Shown piece after piece: positions 41,027 through 50,812 of a stretch of 64,000 bases of DNA. Within the stretch, counting starts at the first letter, position 1. Every line of letters begins with the position of its first letter. The stretch is from contig OZ255836.1 of NCBI GenBank assembly GCA_965277715.1, forward strand, positions 2,112,001-2,176,000, in the 5' to 3' direction. The stretch is from Gammaproteobacteria bacterium (GTDB taxonomy: Bacteria > Pseudomonadota > Gammaproteobacteria > JBCCGL01). A program made the position numbers and the translations under genes. Under the pieces are notes generated by a model that saw only the letters and a program-made list of their open reading frames with translations, searched no databases and was not told the DNA's origin.

Positions 41027-41236
41027 TTAGACCCCATGTATTAACTTGCACATAAGTCAATACATGATGTCTGATGTATTAGCCAATAATTGTTCCAGAA
41101 AAAAAGCGTTCTGGAACAATTAGTTGCAAGTTAATACATATCAGGAACGTGCACGAAATAACTTCCGGGGTTTGCAAATGTATCGACTTACCTTATAGCT
41201 GAGTTGGCTGGGTGTGTCATTAACACATAGCGCATT
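41027..41236 (+). repeat. Left long terminal inverted repeat (about 210 bp)
   Basis: Reverse complement of 44318-44527 with a few substitutions and indels. Confidence 0.95.
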
Positions 41237-41450
41237 TACAAGCGTTGGACGATAGAAAAATCATTCAACAATAGTAAAAGTGATTTCACCGAAAGAAAAG
41301 CCTGGTCGTCAAACCTGAATGCGCTGAACAGTCCAATGCGTTTTACTGCATCCGCTCTCTGCAAAATACAATAATGACAAGAAAGTCCTTTAGAACTATT
41401 CTGGATAGCTTAGTGAGACATTTAAAACCTCGACAGCCAGGAATTTTGGA
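41237..41450 (+). pseudogene. IS4-like DDE transposase fragment
   Basis: YKRWTIEKSFNNSK...KAW resembles the IS4 Y-R-E-K signature. Confidence 0.55.
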
Positions 41451-41469
41451 GCACTGATGATTGACATAG

Positions 41470-41698
41470 GAACGTCAATAGTGTTGCAGAAAGCTTTTCC
41501 CACACACTGAAAACAGCATTAATTTACCAGCAAAGCTGGTCAACCCGAGAGGAGGTCAGACAAGCTATTTTTGAATATATTGAGGTTTTTTACAATCGCC
41601 AGCGATTACATTCCGCTAATGGCTATTTGTCACCCGTGGATTATGAACTGCCTAAAAAGATCGCTTAAACATGTGTCCGATAAAGTGTTGACACATCA
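41470..41698 (+). mobile_element. IS3-family right-end remnant
   Basis: TREEVRQAIFEYIEVFYNRQRLHSANGYLSPVDYE* followed by terminal GTGTCCG...TTGACACATCA. Confidence 0.85.
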
Positions 41699-41700
41699 GG

Positions 41701-41728
41701 TTGATATCTTCAGGATTTATGCTATAAC
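41701..41728 (+). promoter_or_regulatory. Candidate sigma70 promoter for the DUF6765-type gene
   Basis: TTGATA-16 nt-TATAAC with extended -10 TG. Confidence 0.45.
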
Positions 41729-41883
41729 TTCTAGAGGAATTCAACAGTAAATGTTGTATGCCGAATGTGTGTCATTAAATGGTTGTCTGGTGACACTACC
41801 TTTATTTTAAAATCATTAGATTATTTTGTCAGAACATAACTATACTTAGCTATTGTTTTTTTATTATTAAAACGAGGAAAAAT

Positions 41884-42987
41884 ATGCAAGAAGATATGCA
41901 CTATTACGGTACTTACGCTTTGGCAAGAGCTGCGGGATTAGAAGTTCACAACGCAGAAGTAATTGCTTATGCCGCTCAATATGTTGATGACTCTACAGCT
42001 AATGACAGTGAAGTACATGAAGATGGAGGCATGTTTGAGACAACAGCAACTGCACACACAAACATTGAAGCAATTAAAAATGCGGCATCTGATCACATCG
42101 AACAACGCAAGGTATGGGTGCCATTTCACTTCTTTCCTGGTGGCGAAGGAAACACCCTTTCCGATAAGTTAAAGTGCCGTAAGGATAGTAATTTGGCGCG
42201 AGAAATGGTCAAAAACCATATTCGTCATTCTGTTTCGGTGAAAGATGAGTATAGTTTAGAACTAATGGGGATAATGGCTCATGTCTATGCAGATACTTTT
42301 TCTCATTATGGATTTTCTGGCGTGAGTTCAAGAGGAAATAAAGTAGATGGTAAATCTTTTAAATTCGATGTAGAAGATGAAAAGGTTAAAGCTTACATTA
42401 TGGGTAAGTATATAGGATTTTTATCAAAATATTCGCCAAAATTTTTCATTAATAATTTTAGAAATTTTGCAAGTAAAGGAGCAAGTTCTGCAACTGGTGC
42501 ATTAGGTCATGGTGCTGTAGGAACTTATCCTGATAGGCCATTTTTGAAATGGAAGTTCATTTATAAAAAAGATGGTAAAGATTCAGGATGGAGAAACAAT
42601 CATGAAACCTTCTTAGAGGGCTGTGAAAAAATTCATAAAGCATTTACCTGTTATGCAAAACAATCTGATAGGTTAGTTAATCCTGTTGAGTTTTCTTCAA
42701 TCAAAGATAAGGTAAGCAATATTTTAAGTTTAGAAGCTAATAAGGAAGGAAGGATTAACGCATGGAAGCAGGCTATCAATAGTGGTGATTTGTTTAAACC
42801 ATCTGATGACGAAGCCTTAGATTACTCTCCATATTTATGGGAGCAACAGAAAGAAGATTTTGAATATTGTGAAAATTCACATGACATGATAAATACAAAT
42901 GTTTATAAATTTCATCAGGCTGCTATTTATCATCGTAATTACACGCTAAAGCAATTGCTGCCAAAGTATAATATACTGGTTGTATGA
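41884..42987 (+). CDS. DUF6765-type protein (His/Asp-rich, putative metal-dependent hydrolase)
   Basis: MQ.DMHYYGTY.LARAAG...IAYAAQYVDD, WVPFHF.PG, HVYADTFSHYGFSG and LGHG....PD.P; GAGG Shine-Dalgarno. Confidence 0.8.
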   Translation: MQEDMHYYGTYALARAAGLEVHNAEVIAYAAQYVDDSTANDSEVHEDGGMFETTATAHTNIEAIKNAASDHIEQRKVWVPFHFFPGGEGNTLSDKLKCRKDSNLAREMVKNHIRHSVSVKDEYSLELMGIMAHVYADTFSHYGFSGVSSRGNKVDGKSFKFDVEDEKVKAYIMGKYIGFLSKYSPKFFINNFRNFASKGASSATGALGHGAVGTYPDRPFLKWKFIYKKDGKDSGWRNNHETFLEGCEKIHKAFTCYAKQSDRLVNPVEFSSIKDKVSNILSLEANKEGRINAWKQAINSGDLFKPSDDEALDYSPYLWEQQKEDFEYCENSHDMINTNVYKFHQAAIYHRNYTLKQLLPKYNILVV

Positions 42988-42995
42988 AACCACTG

Positions 42996-43046
42996 ACTGG
43001 GTAACTGAGGGTCATCTAGCCCTCAGCGCCTACAATACCATGTAGG
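42996..43046 (-). other. Group II intron 3'-end remnant (part of domain V plus domain VI)
   Basis: Minus strand GGTATTGTAGGCGCTGAGGGCTAGATGACCCTCAGTTACCCAGT resembles the class C end GGTGTTGTGGGGGCTGGGGG...CCCCCGGCTACCCGAT. Confidence 0.5.
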
Positions 43047-43175
43047 CGATTACCGATAAGTTAGTAGCTGGATTGGCACCGTATAGAACCAGCCATATCA
43101 ATAGATTGGGGGACTATTTCCTCAATTTGGAACAGGCTATAGCACCTATGAGTTTTCAGAGTGATTTTATAAGCT

Positions 43176-44309
43176 GGTTCTTCCCCGATTATTGTGAAGC
43201 CACTGGTTCCATATCCAGCTTTCCGCAATAAAACAAAATACTCCGCCGGTAACTTTCAAACGAACGAAATCCTCTTGCATTCGATTTGACTGTCTGAATT
43301 TTTGAATTCAAACCCTCTGACACGGCATTACTTATTGTGTGCTTAAACCATGTCAATATGTTCGGCATGTGCGTTTTTATCATCTTGGCCACTTTCTTTA
43401 TGCTGTCCAATCGGCACCGAATTGCCCATGAATACCACTCGTCAAAGAAACGCTTTGCCCAACCCGCTGTCTTATACGTCCAAAATCACGAAACAGTTCT
43501 TTTATCGCCCAGGCTCGGGCTGTCAATAACTGATCATGCTTGAGTGATTCAAAGTGCTCGGCTGCTTTGTCAGACAAATTTTCTTCGTTTTTTAACCAGT
43601 GATAACGACTCTTTTTCAACCGGGTATCGCCCTGTGACAAAAGGTCTCTATGTTCATCACGACGGACCTGATCCACCGCCTTATTCAGGTGTTGGCTAAT
43701 ATGAAAACGGTCGTGAACAATCGCACTGTCTGACAGTTTTACCTCAACGGCATTAATGAACGCAGGCCACCTATCAATTGTCACCAATTCCCGACGCGAA
43801 AGTCCCCGTTCGACAGCGCGGGCTTTGATAGTTTCCACCGCGTTCCAGCTAAGCCCCAGTAACTTACGCGCCTCTTCGACGCTACGTGAGGCTTGCAACA
43901 CCCTGATAGAAAATAATTCAAACAACAACGTAAAACGACTGCGCTTGCTTGCCCAGGGTAACGCCATACTTTTAACACCATGCTCCAGACAATTTACTCG
44001 GGGAATGCGACTGTGTAGGCGCGTTTCAAACTGCATAGTATCCAAGTGTCTCCAGGATCGCTCTTGTGAACGGTGATCATAGAACGGACTCACTTCGCCA
44101 CAGTGCGAGCAAGGGCCGTGGTTGCCGCTAAACGCCAACGAAATGGATACTTTTAACCCTGAAGGGTCTAAATCAACTGACACCACTGACCAGTCATCTA
44201 TCAGGCCCAGGAGCTGGCTGTAGTGTTCTTCAAGGCTCGATAGCACCGGAGTCTCTCAATAGCAAAAGGGGATGAAATACTATAGCCTCACACAAACCGG
44301 GGAAGAATC
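43176..44309 (-). mobile_element. ISL3-family insertion sequence, frameshifted and internally deleted
   Basis: IRs GGTTCTTCCCCG / CGGGGAAGAATC; WRHLD, PRV.C.EHGV, DRFH and EGLNSKIQ..K..ARGFR; no target duplication. Confidence 0.9.
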
Positions 44310-44317
44310 TGTTAAAT

Positions 44318-44527
44318 AATGCGCTATGTGTGAATAACACACTCAAGCCAACTCAGCTATAAGGTAAATCGATACATTTGCAAACCCCGGAAGTTATTTC
44401 GTGCACGTTCCTGATATGTATTAACTTGCAACTAATTGTTCCAGAGCGCTTTTTTCTGGAACAATTATTGGCTAATACGTCAGACATCATGTATTGACTT
44501 ATGGGCAAGTTAATACATGGGGTCTAA
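44318..44527 (-). repeat. Right long terminal inverted repeat (about 210 bp)
   Basis: Reverse complement of 41027-41236. Confidence 0.95.
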
Positions 44528-45282
44528 GTAGTTCCAGCGCATATACCACGAGCAAACAACCGACCACAACACACCTCACTTGGCGATACCGCTGTATGCG
44601 CAAGCGCCGCAAATAAAATCGCCTGATTCGATGTTACCACCGGCTTGCCCAGCTCGGCTTCGAGTGTTTCAACCACTTCTGCAGCGCGCATATCGGTACA
44701 CGACAACACGACCGCCTGTGCCTGTTCACTGTCGGCCTGGCGGGCGAGTTCACACACCGCCTGCGGTGTCAGCTCGCCCTGCCCATAATTCCCGAGTGCA
44801 CCACTCACTTCACTCTGCGACACTGTTTGAAATCCGAACTGCGCTAAAAAATCGATGGCGGCGGAATTGATTGCCGCGACATACGGGGAAGTGAAGGCGA
44901 TGCGCTCAACACCGAGGGTTTGCAGTGCCTGCACCAATGCACCGGCGGCGGTTACCATGGGTATATGCCACTGGGTTTGCGCTTTGTGTGTCAGCGCCCG
45001 GTCAAACGCCGGGCCGTGTGTCAGCGTCGCCGAGGTGCAGCCGTATATCAACACATCGGGCCGGGCGCCCGCCAGTAAACGCAGGCTTTCATCCATATCG
45101 CTCTCGCCCAGCCCGGCCATTTGCACTTCATCGGGCACCTCATCGAGATCGTACCCACCCAGCCGGGTGGCGTGCAGGCTGACCCCCGGCGGGCATAGCA
45201 TCACCATGTCAGCTTCAAGGTTGGTGTTGCTAAAGGGGACTAACAGGCCGAGCCGCGCCCGGCCTCGTGTTGGTTTTATCAT
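44524..45282 (-). CDS. Asp/Glu racemase / maleate cis-trans isomerase family protein
   Basis: GLLVP..NT..E, YGCTS, SPY, LSCT and PVVTSNQA; stop codon supplied by the IR. Confidence 0.88.
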   Translation of the reverse strand: MIKPTRGRARLGLLVPFSNTNLEADMVMLCPPGVSLHATRLGGYDLDEVPDEVQMAGLGESDMDESLRLLAGARPDVLIYGCTSATLTHGPAFDRALTHKAQTQWHIPMVTAAGALVQALQTLGVERIAFTSPYVAAINSAAIDFLAQFGFQTVSQSEVSGALGNYGQGELTPQAVCELARQADSEQAQAVVLSCTDMRAAEVVETLEAELGKPVVTSNQAILFAALAHTAVSPSEVCCGRLFARGICAGTT

Positions 45283-45292
45283 AGTGTGTTTA

Positions 45293-46360
45293 TCAAGCAG
45301 AGAGTGCCGCCAGGGTATCCGTCATTTGCCGCTCGGTGCCGATGGTGATGCGCAGACAATCCGCCAGACCATACCCCCTCATGCCGCGCACGATAATGCC
45401 CTGCGTGCGCAAATGCGCGAATGCCGCCTCAGCCGCTTTGGGCGAGGCAAACCGGATCAGTACAAAGTTGGTGTGACTGACCGGCACTTCAAGCGATAGG
45501 CGACGTACACCGGCCGCAAACGCATCGCGCCGCTGCCCGATCACCTCGCGTGCTGTCTGCATTGTCGCCTGATCACGCATCGCCACCACGGCAGCCGCTT
45601 GCGAGGGCGCGGAGATGTTATTGGGGTTGATGACTTTGCGCAGCGTGTCACGGATTGCCACCGGGAAGTAACCCCACCCTACCCGCAACCCCGCCAGGCC
45701 ATAAATTTTTGAGAAAGTGCGCAATACAACAGTATCGCCACGCGCCACTAAATCAAACAGCGGGGGATTGTCCAGCGGGTCGGTAAACTCTGCATAGGCT
45801 TCATCCACCACCAGTAATATGTGATCCGGTAGCGCCTTGCGCAGGCGTCGAATTTCTGTATTGGCGAGCAATGTGCCCGTGGGGTTACCTGGGTTAACGA
45901 GAAACAGTAACTTTGTTTCAGCGCGCACCGACGCCAACACTGAATCGATATCCACGCAAAAATCCTTTTCTGCGGCAACATCCAGGCTTGCACCGACCAT
46001 CTGTGTTGCCGTGCGCACAAAAAGGTAGCCGTATTCTGTCACCAGTACCCGCTCACCCGGCGCCAGATACGCTTGCGCCAATGCCGCTATCAGCGCCATT
46101 GAACCAGCACCGCAGAGAATGCCGTCGGCCTCGATGGCGTGCACGGCGGCGATGGTTTGGCGCAGTTCAGTCCAGTCCGGGTCTGGGTATAGGTGTGCGT
46201 TGGCGGTGGCCGAGCGGGCAGCCTCTATAACCGCGCTACCGGGCGGAAAAACGTGTTCGTTTTGTGCCAGCGAGGTGAGTGGCACACCGTCGGGGGTTTC
46301 CAGGTTGGCCAGCGTATAGGGTGCCAGTGCAGCGATGGCGGGGTTGGGTTTAAAGTCCAT
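45293..46360 (-). CDS. HisC-like class I/II PLP aminotransferase
   Basis: NP.NPTG, VDEAY.EF, RTFSKIYGLAGLRVG and LRITIG. Confidence 0.9.
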   Translation of the reverse strand: MDFKPNPAIAALAPYTLANLETPDGVPLTSLAQNEHVFPPGSAVIEAARSATANAHLYPDPDWTELRQTIAAVHAIEADGILCGAGSMALIAALAQAYLAPGERVLVTEYGYLFVRTATQMVGASLDVAAEKDFCVDIDSVLASVRAETKLLFLVNPGNPTGTLLANTEIRRLRKALPDHILLVVDEAYAEFTDPLDNPPLFDLVARGDTVVLRTFSKIYGLAGLRVGWGYFPVAIRDTLRKVINPNNISAPSQAAAVVAMRDQATMQTAREVIGQRRDAFAAGVRRLSLEVPVSHTNFVLIRFASPKAAEAAFAHLRTQGIIVRGMRGYGLADCLRITIGTERQMTDTLAALSA

Positions 46361-48123
46361 CAGCGCATTGCCTGCAAGGATTGGCGGTGCAATTGTGTTG
46401 CGGCAAAGTCAACCTTGCCATCGGCTGTTAATACAATGCCGTAATCATCGACCGCCCGTTCAGCACTGATCAGGCCATCACGCAGATCGTCGGCGACACA
46501 CTGTACATCGCGCTGTAGAGGGTCACCAAAACCCGCACCGCCCGGTGTCAATACTGTCAGCCGTTCACCGGCTGGGATAATTTGCTCGCCCTTTGCCCGC
46601 AGCTTAGCCCCTGAGGTCAGGGTTAGTGAGCCGGTTGCGCCGTCGCACCCGCCCTCGCGACCACGCGCCGGGTGGTGGATACGGTCGAGCGAGGCAAATA
46701 GTGAAACAGGTGCCGATTCGCTGCTGGATAGTTCCAGCACCTGCCCCAAACCACCGCGCTGCCTGCCCGCACCGGCGGAGTCTTCACGGTATTCACGCCG
46801 CCAGATAATCAGGGGGGAAACGCTCTCGGTAATTTCCACCAGCGATCCCATTACGCCGCTGGGGTAGGCTGTGGCAGACAGGCCGTCTTTATTCGGGCGC
46901 GCACCGGTACCGCCGTTGTGTACCAGTTCGGTCGCGAATTGTGTGCCGCTCTTGTCGCTACTTTGGCCGCCACTCAGACCGGTATCCAGGGAATACCCCC
47001 CACGCAACGGTAAATCCCATAGGCAGCAGGTGCCTTCGGCGGGTATTTTTCCGGGAATAGCCTGGTGTAAACAACCAAATACCACGTCGGGCAGCAACTG
47101 CCCGACCACATGGCGCATCGCGACCGGCACAGGGTATTTGGCATTGAGGATGCTGTTTTCAGGGGCGCTAACACGCAACGGTTGCAGGGCGCCGTGATTA
47201 TTTGGCACATCGGGGGCCAGCGCGCATTTCAATGCGAAGCAGGTGTAGGCACTGGCGTAGTTCAGCGGGCAGTTGATGCCGTAGCGGGACAGGCCGGAGG
47301 TGCCGGTAAAATCGACGCCAACATGGTCATCGGCAATGGTGAGTGTAGCCACCAGGTCGAGCGGCTGATCGTAGCCATCGACCCGCATACTGTTGCGATA
47401 CGCCCCATTGGGCAATGCGCGGATCTTTTCCTCTGTGCTGCGCTGTGAGGTGTCGATAATGTAGTCGGCAATCGCCTGAATATTGTCGAGGTCAAAATCG
47501 GCCATGCACTCAGACAGGCGCACACTGCCGCATTCGGCGCAGGCGATCAGTGCGTAAATATCCCCCTCGACTTCGATGGGCACCCGCGAATTGGCTTTTA
47601 AGATTGCCATAAATGTCTGGTCCAGGCTGCCCGCGTCGATCAGCTTGATGATCGGTACATACAGCCCTTCGTCGAGCACATCGGTGCCATCCGGCCCAAA
47701 ACCCAGGCCGCCAATATCGGCGAGGTGGCTGGTGCAGGAAGTGAAGCCCACCAGTTGCTGATGATGAAAGCATGGCCGCACCAGCATAAAGTCATTCAGG
47801 TGCCCGGCGGCTTTCCAGGGGTCATTGGTGAGATAGATATCCTCCGGGTGCATGGCCTCCAGCGGGTAGTGGTCAAGAAAGTGCGCAACCGATTCGGCCA
47901 TGGTGTTGACATGCCCCGGTGTGCCGGTCACCGCCTGCGCGATCATCCTACCGTTAATATCAAAGATACCCGCCGATAAGTCACCGGATTCACGCACAAT
48001 CGGGTTAAACGCGGTGCGCATCAGCGTTTGCGCCTGCTCTTCAACAATAGCCAGCAGGCGATTCCAGAGAATCTGGCTGTCGATTGCGGACATGGGGGTG
48101 TGAGCTAAGCTGTGTTCAGTCAT
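46360..48123 (-). CDS. Hydantoinase B / oxoprolinase family protein
   Basis: RTAF..IVRES.D.S, NDP...GHLND, H..DIGG and DS.GAG..RGGLG, TPGG.G.GDP. Confidence 0.92.
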   Translation of the reverse strand: MTEHSLAHTPMSAIDSQILWNRLLAIVEEQAQTLMRTAFNPIVRESGDLSAGIFDINGRMIAQAVTGTPGHVNTMAESVAHFLDHYPLEAMHPEDIYLTNDPWKAAGHLNDFMLVRPCFHHQQLVGFTSCTSHLADIGGLGFGPDGTDVLDEGLYVPIIKLIDAGSLDQTFMAILKANSRVPIEVEGDIYALIACAECGSVRLSECMADFDLDNIQAIADYIIDTSQRSTEEKIRALPNGAYRNSMRVDGYDQPLDLVATLTIADDHVGVDFTGTSGLSRYGINCPLNYASAYTCFALKCALAPDVPNNHGALQPLRVSAPENSILNAKYPVPVAMRHVVGQLLPDVVFGCLHQAIPGKIPAEGTCCLWDLPLRGGYSLDTGLSGGQSSDKSGTQFATELVHNGGTGARPNKDGLSATAYPSGVMGSLVEITESVSPLIIWRREYREDSAGAGRQRGGLGQVLELSSSESAPVSLFASLDRIHHPARGREGGCDGATGSLTLTSGAKLRAKGEQIIPAGERLTVLTPGGAGFGDPLQRDVQCVADDLRDGLISAERAVDDYGIVLTADGKVDFAATQLHRQSLQAMR

Positions 48124-50221
48124 TATCGTACCTGTCGAGTTTCGACACCCTATCAAGAACGAGGTTGAAGTGGGCATCGATATGCGCCCGGTAATCCGCC
48201 GTAACGAACGTGGTGGTTTGCGCCTCAGCCACCAGCGCCGGGCCGTCAAAGCTGGCACCGGGGGATAAATCCTGTCGCCAGTAAACCGGGATTGACTCGT
48301 GGGACTTATTGTCCGGTCGGAAAATGGTGCGCCGCACGTGAGTCTCAGCCTGGTATGTTGGCGGTGCGACCGACTGCCCTGCCTGCAGTGTATCGCCACT
48401 GGAAACCACCAGTGACCAGGAGAGAATTTCAATATCGCGCTGTGGAATGGTGCGCCCGTACAGACGGCTGTAGTGCGTTTCATAACGGGATTGAATCAAC
48501 GCGCTGTCCTCAGCGGTTAAGGCGCGGCTGGGGAGCGGCACTTCGATTTCGTGACCCTGGCCGATATAGCGCATGTAGGCCGTGCGCGTTTCCACTAACT
48601 GTGCCTGCAGGGCACCGCTGCGCACAATGCCAAACGCCTCGTCGGCGAGCTGCGTCAAGAGCCGGTTGGCCTCATCGGCGTCAAAGCTGCCGAGCGTCAT
48701 GTACCGACTGCGTACCACCTCGTAGGCCATCGGCGCCCACAAAAACCCTACCGCCGAGCCGACCCCGGAATTATCCGGCACAATCACCCGGCGGATATTC
48801 AGCTTGTCTGCCAGGCGCGCCGCGTGCAACGGCCCGGCACCGCCGAAGGCAATCATCGTGCACCGGGTTAAATCACTGCCGTGCTCAACGCTGTGAATGC
48901 GCGCTGCGTTGGCCATATTCTCCTCGACCATCTCACTGATACCCAGTGCCGCTTGGTGCGCTGGTATCTTCAGTGGTGTGGCAATATCGGTACTGATACT
49001 CGCACCAGCGGCGGCGTCACTGAGTGGCATACGGCCCTCGGCAAAGCTGCCCGGGTCAATTTTGCCCAGCAGTACATCGGCATCGGTTACCGTGGCGCGC
49101 CCGCCACCGCGTTGATAACACGCTGGCCCCGGCGCAGCACCCGCGCTCTCCGGGCCAATCGCCAGGCGGCCCAGGCTGTCGATATGGGCAATGGAACCAC
49201 CGCCTGCGCCAATTTCAATCATCTCCACCACCGGGATACGCACCGGCATACCGCTACCCTTTTGGAAACGCGCTGCACGGGCAATTTCAAAATTGCGCGC
49301 CGTCTGGGGTTGATAGTCATCGATCAGGCAGATTTTGGCGGTAGTGCCCCCCATATCAAAGGACAACACCTGGCGCTCCTGCGCTTTGGCAGCGATACCA
49401 CTGGCCAGCACAGCGCCCCCACTAGGGCCGGATTCGACCAGGCGGATAGGTGTGCGAACCGCCGCGTCCAGGGTCGTCATGCCACCCCCGGAGGTCATCA
49501 AAAACAACGGGCAATTAAATCCATTGTCTACCAGTGCCGCCTGCAATGCCTTTAAGTAACGCGCCATTATCGGCTGCACATAGGCGTTGCAGGCCGTGGT
49601 CATCAATCGCTCATACTCGCGCACCTCGGGGCACACCTCAGATGACAGGCTGATTTCAGCCTGGCAGCCCTGCTCAATTAACAGCGTGCGGATGCGCTGT
49701 TCATGCGCTGGGTTGGCGTAGCTGTGCAGTAAGCCAATGGCGAGTGCGTCGATATGGTTATCCTGTAACACCGGAACAAGCGCTTTAACCGCCTCGCAGT
49801 CGAGTTCACACAGCACATTGCCGCGCACATCCATCCGCTCGGGCACGGTGAAACGCAGGTGGCGCGGTATCAGTGGTTGCGGTTTTTCAATCATCAAATC
49901 GTACTGATCGAAACGGTTTTCGTAGGCGATTTCCAGGCTATCGCGAAAACCCTCCGTGGTAATCAGGGCTGTCTTTGCCCCCTTGCGTTCAATCAGTGCA
50001 TTGGTGGCCAACGTCGTGCCGTGGATAAAAGTATCGACCTCAGCGGCAGGTAATGCGGCTTTTTGCAACACTGCGCGCACCCCCGCGAGAATGCCCTGCT
50101 CCGGGAATTGCGTATTCGTGGCAACTTTAGCCGTGGTAAAGCCCTCCCCGGTTTCCAAAACGACATCGGTAAACGTGCCGCCAACATCAGTAGCCAGGCG
50201 GATGGGGGATTTATTTGGCAT
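48116..50221 (-). CDS. Hydantoinase A / oxoprolinase family protein
   Basis: DVGGTFTD, HGTT.ATNA, ESGP, DMGGTT, IGAGGGSIA and FGGAG.LH. Confidence 0.95.
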   Translation of the reverse strand: MPNKSPIRLATDVGGTFTDVVLETGEGFTTAKVATNTQFPEQGILAGVRAVLQKAALPAAEVDTFIHGTTLATNALIERKGAKTALITTEGFRDSLEIAYENRFDQYDLMIEKPQPLIPRHLRFTVPERMDVRGNVLCELDCEAVKALVPVLQDNHIDALAIGLLHSYANPAHEQRIRTLLIEQGCQAEISLSSEVCPEVREYERLMTTACNAYVQPIMARYLKALQAALVDNGFNCPLFLMTSGGGMTTLDAAVRTPIRLVESGPSGGAVLASGIAAKAQERQVLSFDMGGTTAKICLIDDYQPQTARNFEIARAARFQKGSGMPVRIPVVEMIEIGAGGGSIAHIDSLGRLAIGPESAGAAPGPACYQRGGGRATVTDADVLLGKIDPGSFAEGRMPLSDAAAGASISTDIATPLKIPAHQAALGISEMVEENMANAARIHSVEHGSDLTRCTMIAFGGAGPLHAARLADKLNIRRVIVPDNSGVGSAVGFLWAPMAYEVVRSRYMTLGSFDADEANRLLTQLADEAFGIVRSGALQAQLVETRTAYMRYIGQGHEIEVPLPSRALTAEDSALIQSRYETHYSRLYGRTIPQRDIEILSWSLVVSSGDTLQAGQSVAPPTYQAETHVRRTIFRPDNKSHESIPVYWRQDLSPGASFDGPALVAEAQTTTFVTADYRAHIDAHFNLVLDRVSKLDRYDND

Positions 50222-50499
50222 TGGCAGAACCGAACAGTGGATTGCTCACAGTATTGTATTGAATGGGGTTTAGAGTATGCCCGGACAACGAACCGACTTA
50301 TCGCGTTTTCGCACATATAACGACAACATTCACACCCGAAGGGATGAGGAGGTGCCTGGGGAAGTAACCCCGGTAGCCTAAAATCCCTACATCTCTCCAT
50401 CAACAACCACAAACCCCGACCGTACCTCATCAGGGTAACTGCGTACCCGGTGCGACGCTCTTTTTGTCTGCTACTGTGCAGCGCGTCCGGCTTTACAAC

Positions 50500-50810
50500 A
50501 ACTTTCTATAATCCTCCCCTGTTGTTAACGCCCCACACCCCCTAATATCGACCCTTCTCCTTGACCACCACCACCGGCAGAGGGTGCGTTGGCTATTATC
50601 CTGTCTGCCATACGCGAGAACGGTAAGCTTTGCAGCCATACGGTTAATGCGTGTGCCTAATGCGGCGCATAAAAAAGCATCTTTTTGACGGGTGACTTGA
50701 TAAGCGTGAAAAGGCCCTGCGGCTTCGGTCAATGTGGCCAGAAACGCTTGGTTGTAAACCTCGCTATGAAAAATCGTCTTACGCTCCCGACCACGGTTCA
50801 TTATTTTGTT
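50500..50810 (-). pseudogene. REP-associated tyrosine (Y1/HUH) transposase remnant
   Basis: MNRGR.R..IF......AFL..L.EA...F.HAY N-terminus; HUH core missing. Confidence 0.55.
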
Positions 50811-50812
50811 GG

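Larger units (their letters stand above)
41027..44527. mobile_element. Long-IR-bounded mobile cassette carrying a DUF6765-type gene
   Basis: About 210-bp IRs; flanks GTAGTTGCAA (41017-41026) and GTAGTTCCAG (44528-44537) match at 8 of 10 positions; AT-rich interior. Confidence 0.7.

Noticed and set aside
41027-41045. Tn3-type GGGG or Tn7-type TGT terminus for the long IR
   Set aside because: The GGGG faces outward, and neither reading gives a 5-bp direct target duplication
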